A DNA stretch of 32,000 nucleotides from Candidatus Nitrosopumilus koreensis AR1. Its GTDB lineage: Archaea; Thermoproteota; Nitrososphaeria; Nitrososphaerales; Nitrosopumilaceae. The notes beneath the pieces were generated by a model, which saw only the letters and a program-made list of their open reading frames with translations, was not told the origin of the DNA and searched no databases. Positions 1-8,881 of this stretch are shown piece by piece (the stretch's first letter is position 1; the number at the start of each line of letters is the position of its first letter). The DNA lies in contig NC_018655.1 of assembly GCF_000299365.1 (NCBI RefSeq), positions 1,440,001-1,472,000 on the forward strand. The letters run 5' to 3'. Made by a program: the position numbers and the translations under genes.

Positions 1-306
1 CAATAGTAGTCTTTAGCAATAAGATTCCAACTACAACTGAAACTACCAAGGTTATCCAATCAGTTGTAAGGAATGAAATTCCAAGATCCAAGATCAAAAG
101 CAACGTAACAACAACCCCAATAGGAATGCTAACTACAAATATTCCACCAAGTTTTTCAATTTTTTATTTTCGTTTTGTCCAAGTGGAGTCAATTTAGCAA
201 TTAGTCCACCAATCCAAGCAGTTGGATGATACTTATTCTTTGGATCACCAAATGCAAAATCAAGTATCAATGCAAACCCTACAACTATCAAAGACTCTAA
301 AATCAT
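1..306 (-). CDS. cbiB: Adenosylcobinamide-phosphate synthase (CbiB/CobD-type), N-terminal part, runs off the window start, frameshifted at the A/T run 160-165
   Basis: Hand translation from ATG at 306: MILESLIVVGFALILDFAFGDPKNKYHPTAWIGGLIAKLTPLGQNENK, then (after shifting frame at six A's) KIEKLGGIFVVSIPIGVVVTLLLILDLGISFLTTDWITLVVSVVVGILLLKTTI. The FGDP..HPtaWIG signature, membrane character and cobalamin neighbours fit CbiB. Not in the supplied ORF track. Confidence 0.8.
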
Positions 307-1142
307 TTTATCATCATCTCAATTGTTTTAATATCTAAATTATTTTTTACAGTTTTTGCCAGTTTGTCTAGTTCTTTATCTATTTTTGAGATATTATTTT
401 TAGTCCATGTAATTTGTTTTGCTTTGACATTAAGTGAATCTTCTTCAGGGAGATTCATTTTCATCATGGGAATAGTCCCAATAATAGGGATCTTTGTAAG
501 TTGTTTTATTTTTCTAAATCCTGGTTTTAGGACATTAATGTCTCCTCTAAATTTATTTAATACAAATCCTTTTACCAATTTTTTATATTTTTTTTCAATT
601 AAGGCCATAGTACCAATCAAACTTGCAAATGAACCGCCTTTGTCAATATCTGAAACCAAAAATACAGATGCATTTGCTTTTTGAGCAATTTGCATATTTG
701 CAATATCATATTTTTGTAAATTAATTTCAGCTGGAGAACCTGCACCTTCCAAGATTACCAGATCATAGTTTCTTTTGAGTTTTGATAATGAAGTAGTAGC
801 TGCTTTGATTCCTTTTGATTTTACAAATTTTGTATAGTAATCTTTTGCATGCATTTTCTTGTAATATTTTCCATTAAGGTAAACTGCACTATAGTAATTT
901 CCCAAAGGTTTGAGCATTATGGGGTTCAAGTCAGGTTCGATTGGGCACTTTGCAGCAATAGCTTGAATTGCCTGAGCACGAGAAATCTCAAAATCAGGAG
1001 TGGTATAACCAAAATTAGACATATTTTGGGATTTGAATGGAGCTACACGGTATCCTTTTTGTTCAAAAATTCTACACAATGCTGCAACTAACGTTGTTTT
1101 TCCAGCACCAGAAGATGTGCCCTGAATCATCAAAGACTTCAT
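303..1142 (-). CDS. cobQ: Cobyric acid synthase-like protein, ATPase domain only (no glutaminase domain)
   Basis: MIQGTSSGAGKTTLVAALCRIF P-loop, VAPFKSQNMS, VILEGAGSPAEINLQKYDIANM, VSDIDKGGSFASL, GFVLNKFRGD are CobQ/CbiP hallmarks; the 279 aa length lacks the C-terminal GATase. Confidence 0.85.
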   Translation of the reverse strand: MKSLMIQGTSSGAGKTTLVAALCRIFEQKGYRVAPFKSQNMSNFGYTTPDFEISRAQAIQAIAAKCPIEPDLNPIMLKPLGNYYSAVYLNGKYYKKMHAKDYYTKFVKSKGIKAATTSLSKLKRNYDLVILEGAGSPAEINLQKYDIANMQIAQKANASVFLVSDIDKGGSFASLIGTMALIEKKYKKLVKGFVLNKFRGDINVLKPGFRKIKQLTKIPIIGTIPMMKMNLPEEDSLNVKAKQITWTKNNISKIDKELDKLAKTVKNNLDIKTIEMMIK

Positions 1143-2287
1143 GCTATTGCCTCCATAGCAGATACAAGTTTTAGATTATCTTTATGAGATTTTACTGCAA
1201 TTCGAATATAGTGATTGTTTAATCCACGGAAATTTTTACAATCACGAATCAATATTTTATGTTTTAATAATTTTTTTTGAATTTTTGTTGAATCTTGTTT
1301 TGTTTTTATTAAAATAAAATTTGTTGAAGAGTCATGACATTCAAAGCCAGTAATTTTAGCAATTTTCTTTTTTAGAAAAGTTGATTCTTTTTTAATAAGT
1401 AACTTTGATTTTGTAAGGTGTGATTTATTTTTAATTGCAGTAATTCCTGCTTCTTGAGCTAATGCATTAACACTCCAAGGAATTTTTATTTTTTTTAAAA
1501 TTTCAATTATAGTTTTTGAACCAACACCATATCCAATTCTGATTCCCGCTAATCCAAATGATTTTGTTAATGATCTTAAAACAAAGAGATTATCATATTT
1601 TTTTACTAAATTTATTATAGATTGATCTGATTCAGGTACCAATTCAATAAAACACTCATCAACAAATACAAAACTGGATTTATTTTTTGCAGCTAAGATT
1701 ATTTTTGTTATTTGTTTTTTTGACAATATAGTTCCAGTTGGATTATTTGGATTACATACAAAAACACAGCCATTCATAGGAATTTTTGAAATGAATGAAT
1801 CTATATTTTCAGAAAGATTCATTGTTTTAAAAAAAGTAAATTTACAATCAACAAGTCTTGATGCAGATTCATATTCACTAAAAGTTGGAGTTGGAATTAA
1901 AACATGCTTTTGAGATAGAAATGAATTACAGAAGTTATAGAGTATTTCAATTGCGCCATTGCCAACAACTATGTGAGAATCTGATAATCCAATGTATTTT
2001 TTGAGGCTGGAGATTAAGTTGATTGAATTTGTGTCAGGATAATGCTCCATTTTATCTAGTCTTTTTTTTATAGCAGATTTTACGGATGAGGGCATTCCTG
2101 CAGGACTAGTATTTGAGCTAAAATCTAAGACATCAATCTGTTGATTTCCTCTAGAAAATCTACCCCCATGAGATATTGGGTGGTGTTTGATAATGCTTGT
2201 TTTTGTCCGAATTTTCACATTACAAAGTAGGAACAGGCGATATAGTATCTTTTGGTAATATGAATAACGATTATTAATTGAAACCAA
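1139..2287 (-). CDS. PLP-dependent aminotransferase of the HisC/CobD (threonine-phosphate decarboxylase) family; the true start may be GTG at 2218
   Basis: ISHGGRF...LDFSSNTSPAG, VGNGAIEILYNF, VCNPNNPTG, VDECFIEL, LRSLTKSFGLAGIRIGYG; position next to cobQ and cbiB favours CobD over HisC. Confidence 0.8.
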   Translation of the reverse strand: MVSINNRYSYYQKILYRLFLLCNVKIRTKTSIIKHHPISHGGRFSRGNQQIDVLDFSSNTSPAGMPSSVKSAIKKRLDKMEHYPDTNSINLISSLKKYIGLSDSHIVVGNGAIEILYNFCNSFLSQKHVLIPTPTFSEYESASRLVDCKFTFFKTMNLSENIDSFISKIPMNGCVFVCNPNNPTGTILSKKQITKIILAAKNKSSFVFVDECFIELVPESDQSIINLVKKYDNLFVLRSLTKSFGLAGIRIGYGVGSKTIIEILKKIKIPWSVNALAQEAGITAIKNKSHLTKSKLLIKKESTFLKKKIAKITGFECHDSSTNFILIKTKQDSTKIQKKLLKHKILIRDCKNFRGLNNHYIRIAVKSHKDNLKLVSAMEAIA

Positions 2288-2301
2288 TCAATAGTTTATT
2301 C

Positions 2302-3378
2302 ATGGAGAAGAAAAGAGTTGCAATTATAGGGGTTACAGGTTCAGTAGGACAAGAATTCGTACAATCTTTGAATAACCATCCATGGTTTGAGGTGACTCAA
2401 ATTGCAGCCTCAGAGCGTTCAGCAGGCAAAAATTATCTTGATGCTATTAGAAATGAAGGCGGAATTATCATGTGGGATGTTGGGGGAGAAATTCCAGAAT
2501 ATATCAAATCAATGAATGTTAAAACAATTGACGATCTTGATACATCACAATTAGACCTAGTATTTTCAGCAGTTGAGTCAGTTGCTGCAAGAGACATTGA
2601 GACTAAAATGGCAGCAGAATTACCAGTAATCTCAACTAGTTCTGCATACAGATACGAAGAAGATGTTCCAATTCTCATCCCAGGTGTAAATGATGACCAA
2701 GTTGAATTACTTGAAATTCAAAAGAAAAATCGTAACTGGAAAGGGTTTGTAGCACCACTACCAAACTGTACAACTACAGGTTTGGCAATTACACTAAAAC
2801 CATTACTTGAAAAATATGGCGCAAAAAAGGTCATGATGACTTCAATGCAAGCAATTTCAGGTGGTGGAAAGTCGGGAGTATCAGCAATGGGAATTACAGA
2901 CAACATCTTGCCATACATTCCAAAAGAAGAAGGAAAAGTCAGGCTAGAAACAAGAAAAATCTTAGGAAAACTAAAAGACGGTAAAATCGAAGATGCAGAC
3001 ATCAAAGTTAGTTGTACATGTACCAGAGTTCCAGTAATTGATGGACATACAGAATCAGTCTTTGTTGAAACCTCTGAAGATATTGATCCAGCTAAAGCAA
3101 AAGAGCTTTACAATAATTGCAATAAAGAAATATCAGTTGAAGGATTGCCATCAGCTCCAAAAGAATACTATGCGTTCCACGAGGATCCAACAAGACCTCA
3201 GCCAAGAATGGAAAGAGAAGTTGGTGGTGGAATGACCACAACAATTGGAAGAGTAGAAAGAGAAGAATTGTTTGATAAGGGACTCAAATACATGTTATTC
3301 TCACACAACAAAAAAATGGGTTCAGCAAAAGGTGCAGTGTTATTAGCTGAAATGTTATACAAAAAAGGCAAGATCTAG
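2302..3378 (+). CDS. asd: Aspartate-semialdehyde dehydrogenase (the family also includes archaeal malonyl-CoA/succinyl-CoA reductases)
   Basis: MEKKRVAIIGVTGSVGQEF, SSAYRYEEDVPILIPGVN, PLPNCTTTGLAITLKPL (catalytic Cys), QAISGGGKSG. The ORF track start at 2278 is upstream of the likely ATG at 2302. Confidence 0.9.
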   Translation: MEKKRVAIIGVTGSVGQEFVQSLNNHPWFEVTQIAASERSAGKNYLDAIRNEGGIIMWDVGGEIPEYIKSMNVKTIDDLDTSQLDLVFSAVESVAARDIETKMAAELPVISTSSAYRYEEDVPILIPGVNDDQVELLEIQKKNRNWKGFVAPLPNCTTTGLAITLKPLLEKYGAKKVMMTSMQAISGGGKSGVSAMGITDNILPYIPKEEGKVRLETRKILGKLKDGKIEDADIKVSCTCTRVPVIDGHTESVFVETSEDIDPAKAKELYNNCNKEISVEGLPSAPKEYYAFHEDPTRPQPRMEREVGGGMTTTIGRVEREELFDKGLKYMLFSHNKKMGSAKGAVLLAEMLYKKGKI

Positions 3379-3400
3379 ATTTTTTTTGCAATTTTTTCAA
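3379..3400 (+). terminator. T-rich archaeal-type terminator after asd
   Basis: Runs of 8 T (3380-3387) and 6 T (3392-3397) directly after the asd stop. Confidence 0.5.
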
Positions 3401-3407
3401 TAATAAC

Positions 3408-3415
3408 TTTATAAG
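3408..3415 (+). promoter_or_regulatory. TATA-like box for the Lrp/AsnC gene
   Basis: TTTATAAG about 26-30 nt upstream of GTG at 3440. Confidence 0.45.
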
Positions 3416-3439
3416 AACCAGAAATCTAGAACGACTCAG

Positions 3440-3915
3440 GTGTTTTAGACGGCAAAAGTAGACGAGCTAGATCTTCAGATTTTATCAGAATTATCTAACG
3501 ATGCATCTATTTCTGTTCCACGTTTATCAAAAAAAATCAATGTAAATTCATCAGTAGTATATTCAAGAATTAAGAGATTAGTGAAAAGAAAGTTAATTGA
3601 ACGATTTACAATTGTTGTAAATGATGCTGAATTAGGATACAATGTCAAAGCATTAACCGGAATTAACATGGATACAAAAAACGTGATCATATAATTTCAG
3701 AATTATTCAAGATTGACGGAGTAAGAGAAGTGGCAGAAGTTACTGGAAGATTCGATATTCTAGTTACAATGTATTCAAAATCACTAGATCAGATGCATAA
3801 AATGGTCTCAGAGAAAATAGGAAGAATAGAAGGCATTCAGTCTTCAGAATCCTTTATTGAGATGAAATCCCGTGCCAAAGCAATGCCATATATGCCATCA
3901 AAGGATAGTGACTAG
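3440..3915 (+). pseudogene. Lrp/AsnC-family transcriptional regulator, disrupted (in-frame TAG at 3446 and -1 frameshift at the A run near 3675-3680)
   Basis: Frame 1: VDELDLQILSELSNDASISVPRLSKKINVNSSVVYSRIKRLVKRKLIERFTIVVNDAELGYNVKALTGINMDTK. One added A gives KRDHIISELFKIDGVREVAEVTGRFDILVTMYSKSLDQMHKMVSEKIGRIEGIQSSESFIEMKSRAKAMPYMPSKDSD*. HTH plus RAM domain layout. Confidence 0.75.
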
Positions 3916-3917
3916 TA

Positions 3918-4847
3918 TTGCAAAAACAAAAGTCAGAATCCAGAGTTGCAGTATACTATGAGCTAACAAAGCCAAAGATATGGTATTTGTTAGTATTTAC
4001 CGCATTTGGGGCTGCTTTAACAGCATCCAATATTTATGGAATTGAGATTGCCCCATCTACATGGGCACTAATGTTATTTTCAGTTGCAGCAGGTTCTGCT
4101 GCAGCAAATACTTTGACAAATTATCACGATAGAGATATTGATGCAATAATGGAAAGAACAAAAGGCAGACCACTCCCATCAAAAAGAATCTATCCTGCAG
4201 TAAAAGCACGTAATTTTGGATTAGCATTAGCTGGAATTTCATTAGTATTAGCATTTGGAATTTCATTTACAACTACATTAGAACAGGGAATATGGGCAAC
4301 TGCATTCATAGCATTTGGATTACTAAACAACGTTCTAGTATACTCATATGCACTAAAACGAAATTCAAGAACTAATATAATTTTAGGAGGATTATGTGGA
4401 GGTTCACCACCAATGATTGGATGGGTTGCAGTTACAATGTCAGACCTATGGACTATGGGACTTGCAATGGCAGGACTAGTATTCATCTGGATTCCAATGC
4501 ATATTTGGGCATTAACATTACATTTCAAAGATGATTATAACAAAGTAAATGTTCCAATGTTAACAGCAGTTCAATCAGAAAAAACATCCGCAAGAGCAAT
4601 TGCAGGTTCAACAGTAGTCATGGTATTGTTTTCAATTGCACCATTTTTCATAACAACACAAAGTGGGGAAGAAATGGTAGGAGGTGTTTATCTATGGACT
4701 GCAATTGCATCAGGTGCTTTGATGATTGCATTGTCAATATGGGTAATAGTAAAACCTATGGAAAAAGCGTCATGGACATTGTTTAAGTTTTCTAGTCCAT
4801 ATTTGGCAGTACTGTTTATTGCATTAATGGTAGATTCTGCATTATAA
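3918..4847 (+). CDS. ctaB: Protoheme IX farnesyltransferase (heme O synthase), UbiA family
   Basis: YYELTKPKIWYLL, ANTLTNYHDRDIDAIMERTKGRPLPSKRI, YSYALKRNSRTNIILGGLCGGSPPMIGWVAVT, WIPMHIWALTLHFKDDYNKVNVPML; multiple TM segments; TTG start. Confidence 0.93.
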   Translation: MQKQKSESRVAVYYELTKPKIWYLLVFTAFGAALTASNIYGIEIAPSTWALMLFSVAAGSAAANTLTNYHDRDIDAIMERTKGRPLPSKRIYPAVKARNFGLALAGISLVLAFGISFTTTLEQGIWATAFIAFGLLNNVLVYSYALKRNSRTNIILGGLCGGSPPMIGWVAVTMSDLWTMGLAMAGLVFIWIPMHIWALTLHFKDDYNKVNVPMLTAVQSEKTSARAIAGSTVVMVLFSIAPFFITTQSGEEMVGGVYLWTAIASGALMIALSIWVIVKPMEKASWTLFKFSSPYLAVLFIALMVDSAL

Positions 4848-5051
4848 TATACTGCTTTTTTCATCCAAACTGTTAAGCTCTTTTGTAATGGTAGTATGTT
4901 TTTCAACTAATTCTTCAATTTCTTTTTGTAAATCAGTTGAATTCCATTTTGATGAGATTAAAGAAGATAGTTTTGCAACAATACTCCACTGAACATTATT
5001 TTGTTCATCAATTAATTCTAAGAAGCGTTTTCCCTTCTCATCATCATTCAT
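4842..5051 (-). CDS. Small coiled-coil hypothetical protein
   Basis: 69 aa ORF with coding-like composition, convergent to ctaB with a 6 nt overlap. Confidence 0.5.
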   Translation of the reverse strand: MNDDEKGKRFLELIDEQNNVQWSIVAKLSSLISSKWNSTDLQKEIEELVEKHTTITKELNSLDEKSSIL

Positions 5052-5373
5052 AATTTTGATGAAATTGATCAGTGATAAAAATCTGTAGCAGGTAATAATA
5101 TAATTTCAAAGTTTTATTAAGAATTTGTCAAATGTTTAATCATTATGCAATGCAGTATTTCAGAATGCAATTCAAAAGCAGTTCAAACAGTAAAGATCAG
5201 TTTTAGAGAGACAAGAAACCTCTGTAAAGAACACTCAAAATTATTCAAAAATAAGGATAAAGAATACCTCCCAAATTTTACAAAAGCCTCAAAATTCAAA
5301 TGAATCAAGTTCAAATGTTTTCAAATTTTGAAATTATTGAAAGATTTAACATCTACTATTTTTAAACTACCAT

Positions 5374-5874
5374 ATGGCTGTTAAGAAAAAGACTACAACC
5401 AAAAAAAGACCAGCAAAAAAAGCAACCAAGTCGAAAGCGACGAAATCTAAAACAACAAAAGCCAAAACAACAGCAAAATCTTCCACAAAAAAGCCAGAAT
5501 TTGAAAAGGCATGGAAAGAATACAATTCTGCATTAAATGGATGGAAAGAATCACTAGCACAGTGGCAAAAGGCTACAAATGAAACTTTGATGACATATCA
5601 TGATGCATGTCAAAAAGCAATTGAATCAGATGCAGAGTTATTGAAAAAAGTTAGTTCCAGTTGGGAAAGTACTTGGGAAGAAATTGGCCCTGAATACATC
5701 AAACAACAAACAAAGATGATTGAAAATATTTTCAAAGAAACCAATATTGAATCGATCAAGAAATTTAATGAGCAATGGGAAAAATTCCTAAAAACATCAG
5801 GAGATGATTCAATCACAGCATATCAGGAAGCCATAAAGAAATTCAATCAAGCTTGGCAATCAGGTCAAATGTAA
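5374..5874 (+). CDS. Phasin-like helical protein with N-terminal histone-H1-like K/A/T-rich tail
   Basis: AVKKKTTTKKRPAKKATKSKATKSKTTKAKTTAKSSTKKP followed by an amphipathic W/Q-rich helical region (WKEYNSALNGWKESLAQWQKATNE). Confidence 0.7.
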   Translation: MAVKKKTTTKKRPAKKATKSKATKSKTTKAKTTAKSSTKKPEFEKAWKEYNSALNGWKESLAQWQKATNETLMTYHDACQKAIESDAELLKKVSSSWESTWEEIGPEYIKQQTKMIENIFKETNIESIKKFNEQWEKFLKTSGDDSITAYQEAIKKFNQAWQSGQM

Positions 5875-5887
5875 TTTTTGAAAATAA

Positions 5888-7001
5888 TTATTTCTTCATT
5901 TTTCCAATACGAAAAACTTTACAGTTACAGGTTGAACAAGTTCCCTTTATTGCAGGTCTTCCATTTTTCATAATTGTTTCCTCAGGGTTTTTGATTTTCC
6001 TTTTTGTTCTACATTTTACACAATAAGCTTCTGGAGAGAATGAATCAGTAGTTGTATTAGAATGATGAACAAGTTTTTTCTCTATATCATCTAATTTTTT
6101 ATTTTGTTTTTGTAATGTTTGAATGATTTCATGTTCAATATCTGCAGCTTCTAGTTTTTCAATTTCTTTTTCTAATTCATTGACCTTTGAAATCTGCTCT
6201 TGAGTAGGTTCGTCAGAAGAAGGATGTAATTTTGAAAATAACTCATCTTCTAATTCGTTAATTTGGTCCCGGAGATCATCAAATTCAGAATGTTGTTCAA
6301 CAGGAATTTCTTCTTCAGGTTCAGATTGAACTTCAGGAATAGGTTTTTTGGATAATTTATTCTCTAATTCATCAATTTGTTTTTGAAGTTCGCCTAATTG
6401 TGCAAATTGTTCAGGAGTAGCTTCTTCATGTTCAGAAATTGTTTCCGTGGCACGGTCTATTTCTTCAAAAATATCGTCTGCAGATTCTTTTGGTAATGAA
6501 TCTCTAGGACTGGATGGAGAGGGTTCCTGAATTGTGAATTGTTTCTTCCGAAACAGGTTCTAGTGCTAGGTCAAGTTCTTGAGGAAGTTCTTCTGCAGAT
6601 TCTTTTGGTAATGAACCTCTAGGACTGGATGGAGAGGGTTCCTGAATTGTTTCTTCCGAAACAGGTTCAAAAGATAATTCTGATTCAATTAACTCAGGGT
6701 TAGATACGCTAGGTAAATCTCCTAGAAAATCTAATTTCACTTTATTTCTATCAATTCGTAAAAACGGAGTGCCGTCTATTGAAAAAGTTTGAATTTTGTG
6801 TCCCTTTTTCCAGGAGTTTTTTCCACTGTAAATTGTGATGTAGGACATTCCGTTTTTAATGTCAGATGAAATGGTTAATCGATCAACAGGTTTACCTTTA
6901 GTGATGCCTTGATCTGTATCTTGATGTCTAATAGCAACAGAAATCAAATGTTGTGCGTTATAACTGACTTCAGAAATTAGATAGTCAGCCCATTTATCCA
7001 T
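5888..7001 (-). pseudogene. One gene split by a 7-bp tandem duplication: N-terminal DUF3892-like domain, S/E/P-rich repeat linker, coiled coil, C-terminal DUF5679-like zinc ribbon
   Basis: The 165-aa ORF 6504..7001 is truncated; the downstream frame reads TIQEPSPSSPRDSLPKESADDIFEE...YCVKCRTKRKIKNPEETIMKNGRPAIKGTCSTCNCKVFRIGKMKK* (stop 5888-5890). Removing one GAATTGT copy (6529-6542) gives a continuous 368-aa ORF. Confidence 0.75.
6478..6668. repeat. Intragenic direct repeat, about 76-83 bp, two copies (6478-6560, 6593-6668)
   Basis: ctgcagattcttttggtaatgaaYctctaggactggatggagagggttcctgaattgt(gaattgt)ttcttccgaaacaggttc present twice, nearly identical. Confidence 0.9.
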
Positions 7002-7086
7002 TATAAAAAATAGTGATTATTTTCTAGTAAATAAGCGAGTCTAAATCTAAAGATTCAAGAATTAGGCTTGAAAAATAAGATTATAA

Positions 7087-7494
7087 TTGGTTTTAGAAAA
7101 CCATGTTCAAATGGAAATTTCTGTAGAGCCATGGAAAAAACTCATAATTCATGAAGTCATTGAATACAAATTTGATGATTGGGTAAAACAAATAGCATTT
7201 AGTACTAGATCCTCAGGAGGAGCCATTCCAACAATGCAATGGACAAACGGCATTGTATTCTCACCAGCAAATTTTCCAACTACAAACGCCACAGTTGAAG
7301 AGCAGTTGAAAGGAATTTTACATTGGTCATCAGTATCATTTGCAATAAAAGAGAAATTTGAAAAACAAATAGTCAAAGAAAATGCTACAATTAATCTAGT
7401 AGATGTAAGTGTAAATGAAATTTTTAAAGAGTTAGCAATTAGTTTAAAATCACAATCAAAATTTACAAATACTGAATCTGGCAATAACCAATGA
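7087..7494 (+). CDS. Hypothetical protein
   Basis: 135 aa ORF, 4-nt ATGA overlap with the next ORF suggests an operon. Confidence 0.6.
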   Translation: MVLENHVQMEISVEPWKKLIIHEVIEYKFDDWVKQIAFSTRSSGGAIPTMQWTNGIVFSPANFPTTNATVEEQLKGILHWSSVSFAIKEKFEKQIVKENATINLVDVSVNEIFKELAISLKSQSKFTNTESGNNQ

Positions 7495-8174
7495 ATATTG
7501 ATAAAGCAATTGAAGATTGTAAAATTTATCTAAAACAGATAAAACAATACGATCCTGATCCTTTTTACGTTAATTATTTTTTTTCCAAATTCATAGATTC
7601 TGTAAACACAATACTAGATAGTATTTTTGAAGAAGCAAATAGAGATTTTGGATTATTTATTACAGAAAAAATATCACAAGAAGAGTTTCTTAAAAAAGCT
7701 AAAGCAAAAAATGATACTAAAGCAATTAAATTTTCAAAATGGTATACGGATAAATTTGATCAAGAACACAATAGTAGACTTCCAAAAGTAATAAAAAAAA
7801 TATGTGAATTAAAAAGTAAACAAAATGTATTACCAGAAATAAAAATTATGATAAGAGCACAAGATAGGTATGAAAATGACATCAATCAACAAATCATAGT
7901 GGGTTTAAGTAATGAAAAATTACGTTCAAAAGATGAATTACAGATTGAGATCAATAGACAGTTACCAGTATTTCTAGAAATAATTAATCATAAAAGAAAA
8001 GAAAACAACGAGCCTGTCGTGAATGAGAACCAGATAACAACATCGGCATTTGTTGATGTTGAAGATATTTTCGAGACTGAAATTGCATATGCATCTGAGA
8101 TCTATATTCCTGTATTGATAAGATTAGTTGAGGAATCAAGGAAAAAAATCAAAGAATTAACATCTTGGGATTAA
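7491..8174 (+). CDS. Hypothetical protein
   Basis: 227 aa ORF, coupled to the preceding ORF. Confidence 0.65.
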   Translation: MNIDKAIEDCKIYLKQIKQYDPDPFYVNYFFSKFIDSVNTILDSIFEEANRDFGLFITEKISQEEFLKKAKAKNDTKAIKFSKWYTDKFDQEHNSRLPKVIKKICELKSKQNVLPEIKIMIRAQDRYENDINQQIIVGLSNEKLRSKDELQIEINRQLPVFLEIINHKRKENNEPVVNENQITTSAFVDVEDIFETEIAYASEIYIPVLIRLVEESRKKIKELTSWD

Positions 8175-8175
8175 A

Positions 8176-8841
8176 CTAATCTGAAAACCCAAATATGGAA
8201 TGCTCATCTTTTATTTTAATTATTGGAAAATATGAGAAGCCATGATCAATAGTATCTGAGAATTCAGGGTTTTTTCCCTGATTGCCTTGATATTTTAAGA
8301 AGTTTTTTGTTGGTTCGGAATCTAACTCTACATAATTGAAATTGTAATACACTTCATCCATTTCTAGTGAGGTAATATAACCAAGTACCCAAGATGTTTT
8401 TCTGGGCAATGCAAATAATGTGAGATTTTGTCCATCGGGAAATTCAGGATCATATGTTAGTCTAGCTAAACTTCCAAGATCTTTTAGACGAATAGGATAA
8501 AACTGATCAATAATTTTTTCTTCTTTTTCAGGTAAGGGTGAAATTTCTGATTCTGCATGTATAACAGGAGCATAATGAGAAATATTTTTTGTTGATTCTA
8601 CAATTTCACAAATCTCTTTGTTACCAGTTATTTGATAGGATATGTATCGTCCAGATTTTTTTAGAGGAGTGTAAAAAATCAGCAAAGTATTTGCAAGAAG
8701 CATGGTGCTTGAAACAACTCTTTTGCCGTTAAATTCCTGGGAATAAACTCGTTGTGGATATTCTCGAAATGCACAAGCATATCGTGCTAGATCATCAAAA
8801 CTAGATAATTCAACAAAGCATTCATTTTGAGAAATGGTCAT
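8176..8841 (-). CDS. Hypothetical protein
   Basis: 221 aa ORF with coding-like composition, no recognised motif. Confidence 0.65.
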   Translation of the reverse strand: MTISQNECFVELSSFDDLARYACAFREYPQRVYSQEFNGKRVVSSTMLLANTLLIFYTPLKKSGRYISYQITGNKEICEIVESTKNISHYAPVIHAESEISPLPEKEEKIIDQFYPIRLKDLGSLARLTYDPEFPDGQNLTLFALPRKTSWVLGYITSLEMDEVYYNFNYVELDSEPTKNFLKYQGNQGKNPEFSDTIDHGFSYFPIIKIKDEHSIFGFSD

Positions 8842-8881
8842 AAAAAATTAAGAATGAATGATGTTTTTATTCTTTCAAAAT

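Noticed and set aside
364-1091. + strand ORFs 364..684 and 849..1091
   Set aside because: Antisense to the CobQ-like gene; random-looking hydrophobic composition from AT-rich complement.
2433-3235. Minus ORFs 2433..2678 and 2718..3005 and + ORF 3038..3235 in asd
   Set aside because: All lie within the asd reading frame region; no independent coding signal.
5052-5373. About 320-bp AT-rich intergenic with short TTCAAATG repeats
   Set aside because: Repeats are short and expected in AT-rich DNA; no convincing stem or box elements found by eye.
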